DNA from: a virus
Taxonomy: Duplodnaviria; Caudoviricetes
Length of the DNA: 64,000 nucleotides
Reading direction: 5' to 3' (one strand)
IMG/VR virus record: IMGVR_UViG_3300024999_000096
Span: 2,162-66,161 of that record
Shown piece by piece: positions 11,801 to 24,758 of the stretch (position 1 is the first letter of the stretch; each line of letters starts with the position of its first letter). The notes beneath the pieces were generated by a model. That model ran no database searches. It was not told the origin of the DNA and saw only the letters and a list, made by a program, of their open reading frames with translations. The translations under genes and the position numbers were made by a program.

Positions 11801-13878
11801 GTCGTATTGGTCAGGCATATTGGAAAGATAAAAATGATATTCCTGAAGAAATCAAAAGTATATTAGGAGGTAAATCAAAATGAGAAGCGTTGTAGATATT
11901 GTGGAAACCAGAAACAAACTGAAGGACTCAGTTGATAAAATCAATATAAGATTGAGAGAAATTGAAAATGGCAGAAAATTTACTGAGTTAAACCAAAGAG
12001 AACAAGATTTAGTAGGAAAACTTTTCAACTTGATGTGTCACTATAAAGACCAAGTAACTGCATTAAGTTTTGTTTTAAACGAAGATAATAAAATTAATGA
12101 TTATAAGTGGCATCCTATTTTTAAAGAATTTGAAGAATTTTTAGTAAAATTAAATGATTAATTGCAAAATCCCAAGAAATACTTATTTTATTGTACAAGG
12201 AAGTGATTATAAGTGAATGTTCCAAAATGTAAAGAATGTGAATTTCATAAAATATATCCTTATTCAATTGGAACTACGGATAGACATTGGTGTAGTCATA
12301 CTAAAGTAAAATATTTTAATTATTTGGATAGAAATATATCATCTAGTGAATTGAAAACAAGTCCTAAATGGTGTCCCGAGAGAACATAAATTAACAATTT
12401 CAATAGATCAAGGGAGGAGAAGTAAAATGGAAGAAAGAACATATTCACTAATTTGTAATGCGATTAACTGGTTAAAGAATCCTTGTGCAACAGATGAGGT
12501 TAAAATTCAAGAAGCATTAGATTCTTTAAAAAGTATTCCTGAAATGAAATGGTTTTATAGTCAACTATATGAAAATAAGTGAGGAGGAAATAAAATGTCA
12601 TTACCAGAAGCAACTATGAACTGCCCTATTTGTGATAGTCCTGAACATACTTTGTTCCCCATTTTAGAAGGAAATTATAGTGGCTCATATGTATGTTCTA
12701 CTTGTAATCAAATGTTGTGGAAGAACAGAAATGATCCAAATTATAAAATACAAAAATATAGGTGGAATAAGAAGTTGCAAGATTATATTCCAATTGGATA
12801 ACAATTTTCCGTAATCTCATTTCAAAAAATCAAGCTATGAGCCACTTTCAGGGTTCACTACACCCTATAAAAATTGCATTTTATTTGAAATATTGAGTTT
12901 AAAATTTAGGAGGAGTGTTTTTAATGATGAAAAATTTTTATTTAACAGACTCGATGGATAGGTCAGAAAAAATCATAGCAATTAAAGAATTTTTAAATGA
13001 CTACATTAATGAAGTAGAAAATTCTGATAGTGATTATGTAAAGTTTAATTGTGAGGAAACAGTCGAAATATATAAAATAATTTTACAAGTTATGAATTTG
13101 TAGGAAGAAAAATTTATGAAAATTAAAGTAATCCGCAATTGTAAATCATGCATATATCATTACTGGAAAGATATTGAAGATGATCAATGTTATGAAGTAG
13201 GTGGTTGTCTTCAATTTTCTCCTATTGGATTAAGATTAGAAGATGTTGAAGTTATTATAGAATAATCGGAGATACCTCTTGCTATTTCGTTAGATTCATG
13301 ATAATATAAATCTATAAATAAAATATTAGGAGGTACATAAAATGTCAACCGCAAGAGAAAAACACATTGCAGATATTAATTCCTTATTAGTCAAATACGG
13401 TGCTGTTTTAGACAGATGGGGTATGTATCACATCGGAAATTATAAATTTGATACACGAGCAGTAAATCTTAAAATCTTTTCTGGTAAGATTAAAATTGTT
13501 TCTACTCCAATTGGTAAATTAACTTTAGAAGAATTAGAGAAAAGATTAAAAATTTATGCAAAGGAGGAAATATTATAAAATGTATAGTGAAAGTTTAAAA
13601 GATTGGTATAAACCAGTAAGAGTTTTTGAGTTAACGTGGAAAGACGGAAGAACTGAAATAATTAAAGGATATTCTATTGCAGATGCTTTCGATTGTGCTG
13701 GATATAACATTAAAGATATGAGAAAATTAGGTTTGTTTTCTTGGAAGCAGATAAAATAGAATTACCATTTAATCTTCAAAATTATAAGGATGTGATAAAT
13801 ATGATTTATGTTGGAATATATTTAGTTCTAACAGCATTAATTTTAGCATTTAATCACGGAGCACACATGAACGGTTAA
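8819..13878 (+). CDS. Run of short hypothetical ORFs, many Cys-rich
   Basis: ORF track plus RBS; separated by the recurring IR-N6 motif. Confidence 0.6.
11542..11883 (+). CDS. YkgJ-like CxxCxxCC cysteine-cluster protein
   Basis: CLRCGHCC...CKWL...CSAYERRSSMCRDY. Confidence 0.7.
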   Translation: MSKCLRCGHCCKGYLCFVPKHKISNLSPDFLETLNEDNLDDYINENIEEQGSICKWLIVDEQGLHSCSAYERRSSMCRDYNSLIGVCRIGQAYWKDKNDIPEEIKSILGGKSK

Positions 13879-13931
13879 ATTATTCAAACTAAAAATAATT
13901 TAAACTCATAGAAAGGAAGTGATTCATATAA

Positions 13932-14159
13932 ATGAGGATGCGCGGATACACACTCAAAGAAATGTCACAGATATTAACACAACACGGTTGGAAACCATCT
14001 CATAGAAAAAGTTCCCATATAACTTTCCAAAATGATGATTCAATTAATCACATTACTTTGCCAGATCATGGTAAATCCATTGAGATTTGTAGGCCATTGG
14101 CAAAGAAGATACTCAAACAAGCAGGATTATTAGAATTTGCTTATGGATGTGAATATTAA
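13932..14159 (+). CDS. hicA: HicA-family mRNA interferase (no HicB adjacent)
   Basis: ILTQHGW...SSHITF...ITLPDH...ILKQAGL. Confidence 0.8.
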   Translation: MRMRGYTLKEMSQILTQHGWKPSHRKSSHITFQNDDSINHITLPDHGKSIEICRPLAKKILKQAGLLEFAYGCEY

Positions 14160-14250
14160 TACATATTATAAAAATAAAATATTTAAATCATGCATTATCT
14201 CTTTAAATTGTAATATATTAAATCATAAATAAATTTAAGGAGTGATAATA

Positions 14251-14370
14251 ATGAAAAGAAAACTCTTCATTGCTCTTCTAATCATCTTATCTATCGCGAT
14301 GTATGTTAGTGTCAATGATGATGGTAAAGAAGCTTACAGGTCTAATTCTGGGCTTACAGTTAAGATATGA
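14251..14370 (+). CDS. 39-aa putative secreted/membrane peptide (not in ORF track)
   Basis: RBS AAGGAGTG; MKRKLFIALLIILSIAMYVSVNDDGKEAYRSNSGLTVKI. Confidence 0.6.
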   Translation: MKRKLFIALLIILSIAMYVSVNDDGKEAYRSNSGLTVKI

Positions 14371-14390
14371 TGATAGGATGGTGATTGTAA

Positions 14391-15071
14391 ATGGCTAGAG
14401 TAAAGAAATCTGAAACTTTTACAAAAACATGTAAAGAATGTGGTACTCCTGCTATTAAAAATTCTATTGAATGTGCCTCATGTGGTGCTGAATTAAAAAC
14501 TAGTAATGGTATGGGTACAGTGGAACCGATAAGAAACAAAAAAGATATTGAAGCAATGAAGGTATATCTTAAATCAAAATCTCTAAGAGACTGGGCATTG
14601 TTTGTGTTAGGAATTAATTCAGCCTTGCGGATTTCTGATTTACTTGATTTAGAGGTATCAGATGTTTGCGATGAGTCAGGAAAGATTAGAGATCGGATAA
14701 AAGTACGTGAAATTAAGACTGGAAAAGGAAAGGACTTTCCATTTAGCAAAAAGGTAATAGAGTCATTAAATGAATATATTTCTACAACACAACCTAAAAC
14801 AACCTTATTTCCTTCTAGAAAAGGAGGTACTGTGATTACGAGACAGCATACCCACCGTATACTAAGTGAAGCAGCACATGCAGTAGGTATTAAGGAAACT
14901 ATATCTAATCACAGCATGAGGAAATCATGGGCATTCCATGCTTATGAATCTGGTGTAGATATTACTAGAATACAATCTGCTTTAAATCACTCCAGTCCAA
15001 AGGAAACCTTGCGTTATATTGGAATCACTCAGAATGAATTAGACAATGTCTACTTAGATTTAAATTTATAA
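14391..15071 (+). CDS. Tyrosine recombinase (catalytic domain) with N-terminal zinc ribbon
   Basis: Catalytic set intact: LRISD, KTGK, HSMRK, LNHSS, LRYIG; N-terminal CKEC/CASC. Confidence 0.9.
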   Translation: MARVKKSETFTKTCKECGTPAIKNSIECASCGAELKTSNGMGTVEPIRNKKDIEAMKVYLKSKSLRDWALFVLGINSALRISDLLDLEVSDVCDESGKIRDRIKVREIKTGKGKDFPFSKKVIESLNEYISTTQPKTTLFPSRKGGTVITRQHTHRILSEAAHAVGIKETISNHSMRKSWAFHAYESGVDITRIQSALNHSSPKETLRYIGITQNELDNVYLDLNL

Positions 15072-15113
15072 AAAATCTAAAAAATAAATATATGAAAGGT
15101 GGTTCAATACATA

Positions 15114-15686
15114 ATGTGCGAAAGAATCTATACCAATTCAGAACTTACCATAATTAAAAACTTCAAAAAAATCCAATCCTCATATATGTGCCTATTGTAA
15201 TAAATCTATTCCTTCTACTGAAACTGTAACAATTGATCATAAAATTCCAGTGTGCAAAGGAGGAAAAACTATTCCAGAAAATCTAACAATATCTTGCTAT
15301 CCATGTAATCGTGAGAAAGATGATATGACTGTTGAAGAATATGTAATTTATAAACAAAAGCAAGATAATATGTTAGAAAATTATGAGGTAAACATTGTTA
15401 TAAATGAATTAGTTGTTATGCATAATAATATCATCAAAAGAATTGGGGCAGTAAATGATGAATACAATTTAGTAGACAAAGAAATAACTTCTTTACAACA
15501 TGATATAATGTGGAGTAAATTTAATGCTTCTGAAGGATATTTATTGGCGAAGGTTATGGTGGATGTACGGCTAGTGATAAATTCTTTGATAGTATTGTGG
15601 AAATTGAAGATGAAACATTTGATGATGCCGTTAAGGAATATAAACAATGGTGGGGAATTCATGATTATCCTCAGTTAGTTAAATAA
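15114..15686 (+). pseudogene. HNH endonuclease gene, frameshifted and apparently 3'-fused
   Basis: ATG 15114 frame stops early; CAYC...TIDHKIPVCKGG...ENLTISCYPCN lies in the +1 frame after the A7 run at 15165-15171. Confidence 0.7.
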
Positions 15687-15709
15687 GAATTGAAGGGAAG
15701 GTACATAAG

Positions 15710-18700
15710 ATGAGTTACAAAGAATGTTTAGGATTGGCAGGAGCAGAGGTATTAGTATTTAAAAATTTCGGAAGTTATCAAGGAGATTGGTGGGCAAAAG
15801 TTAATTACCAAGGAGAAACAGGATGGGTACATGGTAGTTTTGGATCATGTTCAGGATGTGATGCTTTTGAAGCAGAATTTTGGGGAGAAAGTCATTACGA
15901 AGATGAAGAAAACTACAACGAGTATCATGATTATTATGATTTAAAAGACGGATGTGCAAAATGTGACGAATTGAAAATTAAGTTGATTGAATTTGGAAAA
16001 GGATATTTGGATGGAATTATGAGTCAAGAAGATGCTGTTAAAATAGCTTCAGAAAATCTTGAATGGGATATGGACGCTCAAGAAATGATTGATTTTGTTA
16101 AATTAAATAATATTGGAGGGATTGAATAATGAAAGAGGAAAAATTATTATTACAATTTGTAGATGGTGGGATTGTAGATATTAAACAAGATAATTGGAGT
16201 TCGCCAGGATGCGAAACATGTGATTATGGCAGTAGCTATGTAAATGAATTGAGTGTCTATTTGACAAAATATAAAATTACAGCAGAAGTAGATCAGATGT
16301 ATAATTATCTTTTGAGTGATGGAGATTTGTTTAAGATTTTTCTTCGTAATATTGAAGAGATAAAAACAATGACCGAAATGGAATTTATTAAATGGTTTGA
16401 ATCCCAAATTAAATCTTATACAGATGACAATGGAGCAGGAGTAGAGTATAGGTATACAAATAATTAGTTAAAACTTAGCATTCGCGGTAAAATAATTAAG
16501 AAAGGATTCATATATGCAAGCACAACTAAAACCACAAACTCAAAATATAAAACTTATCCAACCTAAAGTATTTAATTTCCGTAAACATTGGTCTAAAAAA
16601 GTAAAACCATATTTATTTCATAAAGATGTTCAATATGCTTTAGATTATGGTATGAATTTAATGATGGAATTATGGCGATATGAAAATAAAATCACTAATG
16701 AAAAATTAGAATCAATAAATGAATACATGAAAGATTGGTACTCATGGATTCCAGGTAGTCCTCCATATCATAAAACATCCTCTGATTATTGGTGTTATCA
16801 TCGAAAACCATTGAAACATTCAGTAGGTTGGTATCAATGTAGGCATTGTTGTCATTGGATTTGCTATTTTTGCATCGAATTAGGAATGAAAATATATCCT
16901 CAACTTGATTGGTATATTATATCTGGTAGAAGACATTCTGTAGCAGTTGGATTTAAGTATGGTCAACCTTATATGATATTTGATATACTGAATTTCGAGG
17001 ATATGTCAGCAGAGAATATCTTAGATTTTGCTGATAAAAAGATGACTAAGAAAAATTATGAAAAGAAATGGAAGAATAAAAGGTAAATAGAAGGAAGAAA
17101 GGATGATTAATTATGCGTGAACTAGATGAACTTATCAACTTGATCACTGAAATCAATAGTGATCGGTATTTATCTTATCAAGAAAGAAAAGATAAACTAA
17201 AAGAACTTAATTTAACATATGAAGAAATGGAATCTATTTTAATGTCTGCGTGTGAAGTCTGGACTAGCATAAAGGAGGAAAATTAAATGTTAAGTGCTAA
17301 ATTTGAATTTGATTTCTCTGATGATAAACTTATTTCTAGACTTATCAAGGAATATAATGAATGTCAAAGTAAAGATTCAGATATTGTTTTAAATCTTAAA
17401 GGTCATGAACTGCAAGCTATATTAATTAATTTGGTTTCAGGTAGAATACCTTATCAAGTATGTATGAATTACTTTATGCCCGAATTAGCAAATAAGCAAT
17501 CGAAAAATTAAATCCAAACAAACTGCGATTTAAATGGGAAATAGGGGGTGATAAAATGTATCTATGCAAATATATAAAATATACTTATAAAGGATATGAA
17601 TGTCCATATAAAGAGCAAAATGATCATCTTACAATTAAGGCAATAAATAAAAATGATTACAAAAATTATATTATAAATCATGTTAATTGTCCTAATGACG
17701 TTAAGCATGATAAAAATGGGTCGGCTATATGTTATATTATTGAAGAATAAACACTTAAAAAGTCAGTTTGTTTGGATTTACGAAAGGAGAAATTTACTAT
17801 GCCATTACTAAGTTTTAAAGAAATGTTAAAGGAGATACAAGAAGAAGGGTTTTGTAATCTTCCTCTGAATTGTATAAGTGGTGAAGAATATGAAGAATGG
17901 TTATGAAGAATGGTTAAGAAAAGATAAAACTGAGGAGGAACAAATCAAATGAAAATAACTACAATTATGGAAACAACAAAGCAAGAGAAAACTATCATCT
18001 ATGATGCTCTACAAGTCTACATCAATCATCTCACCAAAATGCTATCAGACAGTCCAGAAGGTACTTCTAAGACACTAATCATTACAACACTAACAAATAC
18101 CAATCGCCTATTATCTGAGATGGAATTAAGCATGTAAAGGAGCATAAACAAAATGTCTGAAACAGAATTATTAATCCAAGAAACTATTATCTATTTATTG
18201 GAAATTAGAAAAGATTATTCTAATAGTGTTGCAATGGATGATGTAGGTAAAGTAAGGACGCTAACCAATGCTGTAGAATTATTGCATCAGTATTTAGGTT
18301 TAATGCATTAAAGAAAAGAGCAAAGTAATATTATGATGTCAAATACATGTATTTCTTGTTTAAGATATGATAATTGCTATTCTAAAGGTAAACTATGTGA
18401 TATTCTAAACAATGATTATCATTATTATGAAGAAGATCCAATATCAAAAGATTGGAATAATGGTCATTGGGATGATAGTGGAGAATAATTAAAGAAAGGA
18501 ATCAGATGAATTAAATTATGAGAATAAAAATAATCAAAGCAAGTTCAGATTCATTATGGTATTCTGAAAAACACGAAAATTGTATTGGTAAAGAATATGT
18601 AGTTTTAAATTCTGGGACAAATAAATATGGTTTATATTATATAGTTAAACATAGTGGGATATTTAGTTATACCGTTGAAGTAGAAGATTGTATTTTAGTC

Positions 18701-21700
18701 AATTAAAATTCCACACTTATCGGATAATAAGAAAGAAGGTTAAAGATAATGATTCGTGTTAATTATACACAAGAAGGAAATCCTATTTCAGATTGGGAAG
18801 TAAATAAATTTGTTTCTGAATTAATAAAGTTTAACAAAAAACATGAAATGAAAAATATGATAAATATATCTACTGAAAATGTAGTACATGCTTTTAGATT
18901 TGCTGTAGTAAATAAAGATATTGCATTAGATGATATTACTTTTTATCATGATGGAGAAAAATTAAATCTAACTAAATATGGTACTTGTGACCCGTGGCCT
19001 AAAGATTATCTGTGCTTTCAAGATAATTTAATGAGAGCAATGGTAAAAGCACAATGTAAAATAAGAAAGGAAGAAAATAAATGAGTATAATTCATACAAT
19101 ACCAAGTCCTAAATGGCCAAAACCATTAATGGAGGGATGTGCAATGAAACAGTTTAAAAAATGCTCAATCCTTAAAGAAACAAACACTCACTATTCAGAC
19201 TCATCAGATAAACTTTGCAACATTCTTCCATTTGGAGAAATGGATCGTACAGATGGTAAATATACACATGGAGATATAATGCCAATGACTGATGAAGATA
19301 AGGCAAGAGATAGAGAGGAGATTAAAATATATGTGGAAAATAAAGAAATCGCTTTTAAACTAATATGTTCTTGTGGGAATGTAATTAGGGGCATTGTTGG
19401 AGGAAAATATGATAGTGATAAATTACATTGTGATTGTGGTTTAGTTTGGAAAGTAAATAAACCTTATAGAGAGGATGATAAATAATATGAAACAATGTAT
19501 AGATTCAAACCAATTAAAAGAATTAAATCCAGACCAATTTAGAAACCTATGTAAGTTAGTAGGAGATAAATATCATTATGATAATACAGATGAGCAAATC
19601 AATAAAGCATTTCAGAAAGAATATTTGACAATGTATATTTCAATATTGGAAAAGACTAATATTGGTAAAATGTTAGAAATATTATTAGGTTGTAGTTGTA
19701 TAGATTGTACAATGAGACTACTAGATGAACGAGTGAGAGGTAAAATCTATGGTATGGAATTGCGTGATGCTCTATGGGTGTTAATTAAAGAATATTTGAA
19801 TACAGATTAAATTCGTTCTTTCATGCTACTTGGGAATAAGAAAGGAAGTGATAAAATGTTCTCAGTTTACAATTACTTAAACAATGGCAAACAACCAATA
19901 TTTAAAGAATGCACAGATGAAAATAATGAGAAATATGAAGGTGCTTTTTGTCCATATTGTGGTGAGCAAATGTATTATACTGAATGTTATTTGAAAACTC
20001 CTATTAAAAATGAAGAATATGATCCAAATGATATATGTAGTAGTCAGACAATCGCATTTAATAAAATTATAGATTGTATTAAATTACCAGAAGAAAATTA
20101 TAATGGTTGTGGGGCTAAATTTTCATTAGATAATGAAGAAATAGGTTATTATGAATATACTAGTAAAGGTTATGTAACTACTTCTTGTTCTTCGATTTTG
20201 GAAGGAGAGTAAGTCATGAAATTATTTATATTAGTTTACCGCATTGGAGATAAAATGTTTCAAACAATTAATAATAGTCATGACCTTGAAAATAATTTGA
20301 CAATGATTAACAACACAGATGATTCAGAAGTAGTTTCAATTGAAACCATTAGATAACAATATCCATTAAATTCTTTAATTGAATTGACGGAGAGGAGAAT
20401 TTGTATGACAAAACTAGAAAAAATATTAGAGTTAGGTAAGTATAATGCTGATGAACTGATTACTTTTGGATGTCCTATGGATTTTGGAATGAGAGGGGAC
20501 ACTTCTTTATGTCCTACTGGTTGTAAAACGTGTTGGAATGAAGAATGTGAAGAGTCCCAGAAAAGCATTGATTTATTGGAGGAATTATATGAAAATATAT
20601 GTTACAAATGCAGAAGTATTAAAGTTAAAGGAGTTTATTAAAATAATCAATGATAAATTTGCAACACTATTATCCAGAAAAATTGCTAAAGCTCAATATG
20701 AATCAATGATAAGAAGAACTAAAAGTATTCGTGGTTATGACAGATGAATTATCCGATGGAATTGTCATTTTAATTTCCGAGAATTAAAATTATAAAAACC
20801 AAAAAGGAGACATAAACAATATGAAAAATCTAGAGTTGTTAGCAATTATATTAACAATGACTACAATTGGTTTTCTATCGTGTATTATTTCTACAAAACT
20901 GGCAAATAAAATAAATAAGAAGAAACATGAGGCTAATCAAAGTTTGAATATGTATATATTAGATTCTTTTAAGGTAACTGATCACGATAAATCTATAGAT
21001 GATGTTTATAAAAACTAATTTAAGTAAATTAATTATTTTTTATTGACATGTATTTGATAATGTAGTATAATTATTAAATAAGGAATTATGAGGAGGTGAA
21101 AATATGTTTGAAGATATTAAATGCTTATTTAAAGGTTGTAAATGGGTTTATGATAATGACTTTGCGGATGGATTAAATGGTAGAATATGTGGAAAAACAT
21201 ATATTTGTTCGCGTTGTGGTCTAATAAAGGATATTACAATCCCTGATGGTAGAGTTTATATTAGACAGGGTGTTAAACCTTATAGGAAGGCTAATACATA
21301 AATAAAATATCTAAGTAAAAATTCTATTTTGTTATGGAGAAGGGATGAGAGAAATACATGAGTCAACCAGAAAAGTTTTATCAATTATATCTTAGAGAAA
21401 GAGTTATTCTTGATGATATAGATGATTATATTGATCAATGGCATAATGGAGACAGCAAAGAGCAAATTTATAAATTCTTAGGTATGAGTCAAGACATTTA
21501 TAGATTATGGGTTGAAACAAATTGTTTGCCAAAAACAAATAATGATGAGGGAGGTTTTACATATGATCAAAGTAATTGAGACAAATCTATCAATAGATGA
21601 AGAAAACACAATCAAAGACCATCAATCCAGAGTAATTGAAGTTGAATCTTGGGAGCAATATGTTCAAGAAATAAAAGATTGCAAAGTAGTTATAAGAAAT

Positions 21701-22839
21701 GCTTTTCTTGGGACATTACATGGTACTACAATTCCTACTGATGCAAAAATTTATGATTTAACTTATGATGAAAATCATTTGGATTGTGAAGTTATTAATC
21801 GGTTTGGGATTGCAAGCAGGAAATTGGCTTATAGAATTAAATAATTTAAAGGAGACTGAACAATATGTCCAAAACAACAAAAATGAATCCATACTGGATT
21901 ACACCTCCTTACATAGACTTTGACGAACAAGATGATTTCTTAAATGAGATAATAGATGATGAAGAATCTAGAGCAAAAGAATTAGATTCACTTGTCTTAA
22001 CATGGCCTGATAGAAATTTGATGCCATTGTCGAAAGGGAAAATGAAGATTATTAAGGGACTTAAGAAATAAAATTGAGGAATAAAGGAGGTGAAATTAAT
22101 GAGTTGTGAGTATAGATTAGATGAATTAAGATTATGTGCAATCTTAGATATTGAATGTAATAATCCAGAAAAAAATAACCCTGATAACTATAATATTGAG
22201 ACTGGATTTCCCTGTATTTGTGGAATGTTTGAATATAAAAAATAATATTAAAGGAGAGATTACATAATGAAAATTGAATTAACTATGTCTCAAATGGAAG
22301 CGATTGAAGAGGGTAGAGGGTTAACCATAGACAATGAGAAATGGAAATTAATAGATCAAGATAATGAATATGGTATGGATGAGAATGGTAAATATCTTGA
22401 ATATATTTATAAAAGACCATCGGATGAAAGATTTTTCAGGATAGTTTTATGTCTTGGTAGATATGGATATGAAGATTATGGATTTGAATTTGGTTCACAA
22501 GATAGATTTGCTTATGAAGTAGAGAAAAGAGAAATTGTTAGGGAAGAATGGGTGTATGGGGAATGAAAATTGTAGCGAATATATAAATAATTTATTTGCA
22601 TTATTTTGGCATGTGTGTTATACTTAGGTGTGATAGAGATGAGGTGAATAATATTGGATTGTTTAAATTGCAAAACTGAAATGCATTATATAGGTGATTC
22701 TCAAGAGTATATTGGTGGAGCAAATGTAAGAGTATATGTTGAAATATGTCCACAATGTGAATCTGATGTACAAATTATGTATAAAAAACCATTTGATAAA
22801 GAAATTTTGTATAAGGTTATATGGAGGGCATATGAGTAA
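15710..22839 (+). CDS. Run of about 25 short hypothetical ORFs
   Basis: ORF track and RBS. Confidence 0.6.
21043..21071 (+). promoter_or_regulatory. Consensus sigma-A promoter
   Basis: TTGACA-17 bp-TATAAT. Confidence 0.85.
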
Positions 22840-22910
22840 ATTTTTGATTGTGTATGGGTTTACATAGGTAAGAAATAATTTATAAAACTAAGGAAGGATT
22901 GATTTGAAAA

Positions 22911-23111
22911 ATGATACTGGAACAAACACAAAATGAAATACCAAAAAACTATTGTATTATGTCTCTGAAACTTGCAGGTATATTAATGACTAAAGGTTTT
23001 AAATTAAAAGATACTGCGCCAAATAAAAAATATCCTCATATGAAAGTATTCTATTTTACATATAGTGAAGAATTAGCAAAAATAGTAGAAGATTACATGA
23101 GAAACAAATAA
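22911..23111 (+). CDS. DUF5659-like small protein
   Basis: SLKLAGILMTKGF...N...P...VFYF..SEEL pattern. Confidence 0.6.
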   Translation: MILEQTQNEIPKNYCIMSLKLAGILMTKGFKLKDTAPNKKYPHMKVFYFTYSEELAKIVEDYMRNK

Positions 23112-23137
23112 GAGAAAATAAAATCAAGAAAATTTTT

Positions 23138-23300
23138 CTGTTTTGCATTTTTGCAAACAGGAGTATATTATTCTCTCTTATTTAAGACTTAGTCTCTCTT
23201 ATTACACCTTAATGAGCCCCCTATTTTTTAGGGGTGTAAAATAAGGTAATACCTTACATCGTACCCCCTAAAATTAGTGGGTATAAACTTTTACCTTATA
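23138..23300. repeat. Palindrome-rich non-coding region, candidate replication origin
   Basis: CTGTTTTGCA/TGCAAACAG, CCCCTA/TAGGGG, TAAGGT/ACCTTA, TACCCCCTAA/TTAGTGGGTA and TCTCTCTTATT x2. Confidence 0.5.
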
Positions 23301-23351
23301 ATATACATATATTTACAATAAATTATAGAAAGTTGAGAACAAGCAAACAAA

Positions 23352-24725
23352 ATGACAAACAAACAAATTTTATGGTCAAAGATTCCAAATATGTTTTTCT
23401 ATTCTACTAAAGAGGGAGAAGATAGTATTTTAAAACATACTAAATTTAACAATAAAACATTATTAATATTTGATTATCTATATATGAATCGTAATATGAG
23501 AGAAATAATAAAATTCACTTTAGAAAATATGATTGTAGAATGTGGATTTACATGCAGTGCTAAGAAAGGAGAATCAAATTCAAAATTTAAAAATATATTG
23601 TCAATATTACATAAGATAAAAGTTATTGAATATGAAGGTGATTTTGATAGTGTATCTCCCAAGGAATTAATAATTTGCAAACTTTCAATTGATTTTACTA
23701 ATAAATATACTGAGTTACATGATAATGAAAAAGATAAAATACATAATCAACAGATAGAAAAGACTGATAATTTAAAGTTATTAATGTATTATTGCTATCT
23801 TAAATGTAGGATGTATAAGCGTCCAAAGAATGATCAGTTAGTTGTTTCAGGTGGTAAGGCTGAAGTAGCATATCCGACATTTAAATTAATAAATGAAGAT
23901 TTAGGAATCACAGATGATACAATTGATAAATATAATAATATTCTAGTTGATTTAGATATGATTAGATATAAGTCGGCAGGCACTTGGTATTATAAAACTG
24001 ATCCTAACAAAATAGTAAGAGAAAGTGTTAATTTTTATACTCTGTTTACAGACGAAGAAACAGCACAACATAATTTAAACGAAGGAATCAAATTCTATAA
24101 AAAGATGGAGAGAAATTCTAATAAAGTATTTACTGGGAATAAGAATTACAAAAATAACAATAAAATATTGAATGGTGAATTGGGTTCTATTATTAAGAAA
24201 GAATTGCATGGAAACGCTACCGAGAAAGATATTGCCAGAAAGAATGAGATATTATATTCGATTAATGCAAATGAGGAGCAACATGGTATTCAAGCTTTAT
24301 TAGGCTCTAATCCTAATACATTACTTTCTGATATTTATAGTGATTTTAATAGTGAAAAGAAAGCAGAAAAATATTATGAACTAGAAAAATCATTAGGATT
24401 ACTTGATACTGGAGAAGAATTTGGAGTTGACTTTGAGTATTATAAATGGGTAATGATGAATTATGACAAGGAAGAACATGATTATTATGTAAACTGTGTT
24501 AATAAAAACAAAAGAGATAAAATAAATAATGTAGATGTAATATATTTCGAGGAACAAAAACCTAAACCAAAAGGATTGCATTTCAGTGGAAAGAAGAAGA
24601 ATAATGAGGAAGAAACCATAAAAGAAACTGAAATGAGCGATGCTGATTTTATAGAGGATATGGGTTGGAAACCAGAAGTAGATTTTGATGATTGGACTGA
24701 GGAAGACGAGGAATTGTTTAGTTAA
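23352..24725 (+). CDS. Putative replication initiator (tandem winged-helix-like) protein
   Basis: AYPTFKLINEDLGITDDTIDKYNNILVDLDMI is HTH-like; acidic tail; context. Confidence 0.45.
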   Translation: MTNKQILWSKIPNMFFYSTKEGEDSILKHTKFNNKTLLIFDYLYMNRNMREIIKFTLENMIVECGFTCSAKKGESNSKFKNILSILHKIKVIEYEGDFDSVSPKELIICKLSIDFTNKYTELHDNEKDKIHNQQIEKTDNLKLLMYYCYLKCRMYKRPKNDQLVVSGGKAEVAYPTFKLINEDLGITDDTIDKYNNILVDLDMIRYKSAGTWYYKTDPNKIVRESVNFYTLFTDEETAQHNLNEGIKFYKKMERNSNKVFTGNKNYKNNNKILNGELGSIIKKELHGNATEKDIARKNEILYSINANEEQHGIQALLGSNPNTLLSDIYSDFNSEKKAEKYYELEKSLGLLDTGEEFGVDFEYYKWVMMNYDKEEHDYYVNCVNKNKRDKINNVDVIYFEEQKPKPKGLHFSGKKKNNEEETIKETEMSDADFIEDMGWKPEVDFDDWTEEDEELFS

Positions 24726-24758
24726 TATAATTTTTAAAAAACTATAGAAAGGTGCGAG

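Noticed and set aside
17889-17914. 13-bp tandem duplication TATGAAGAATGGT
   Set aside because: A simple local slippage at the end of a tiny ORF with no wider pattern
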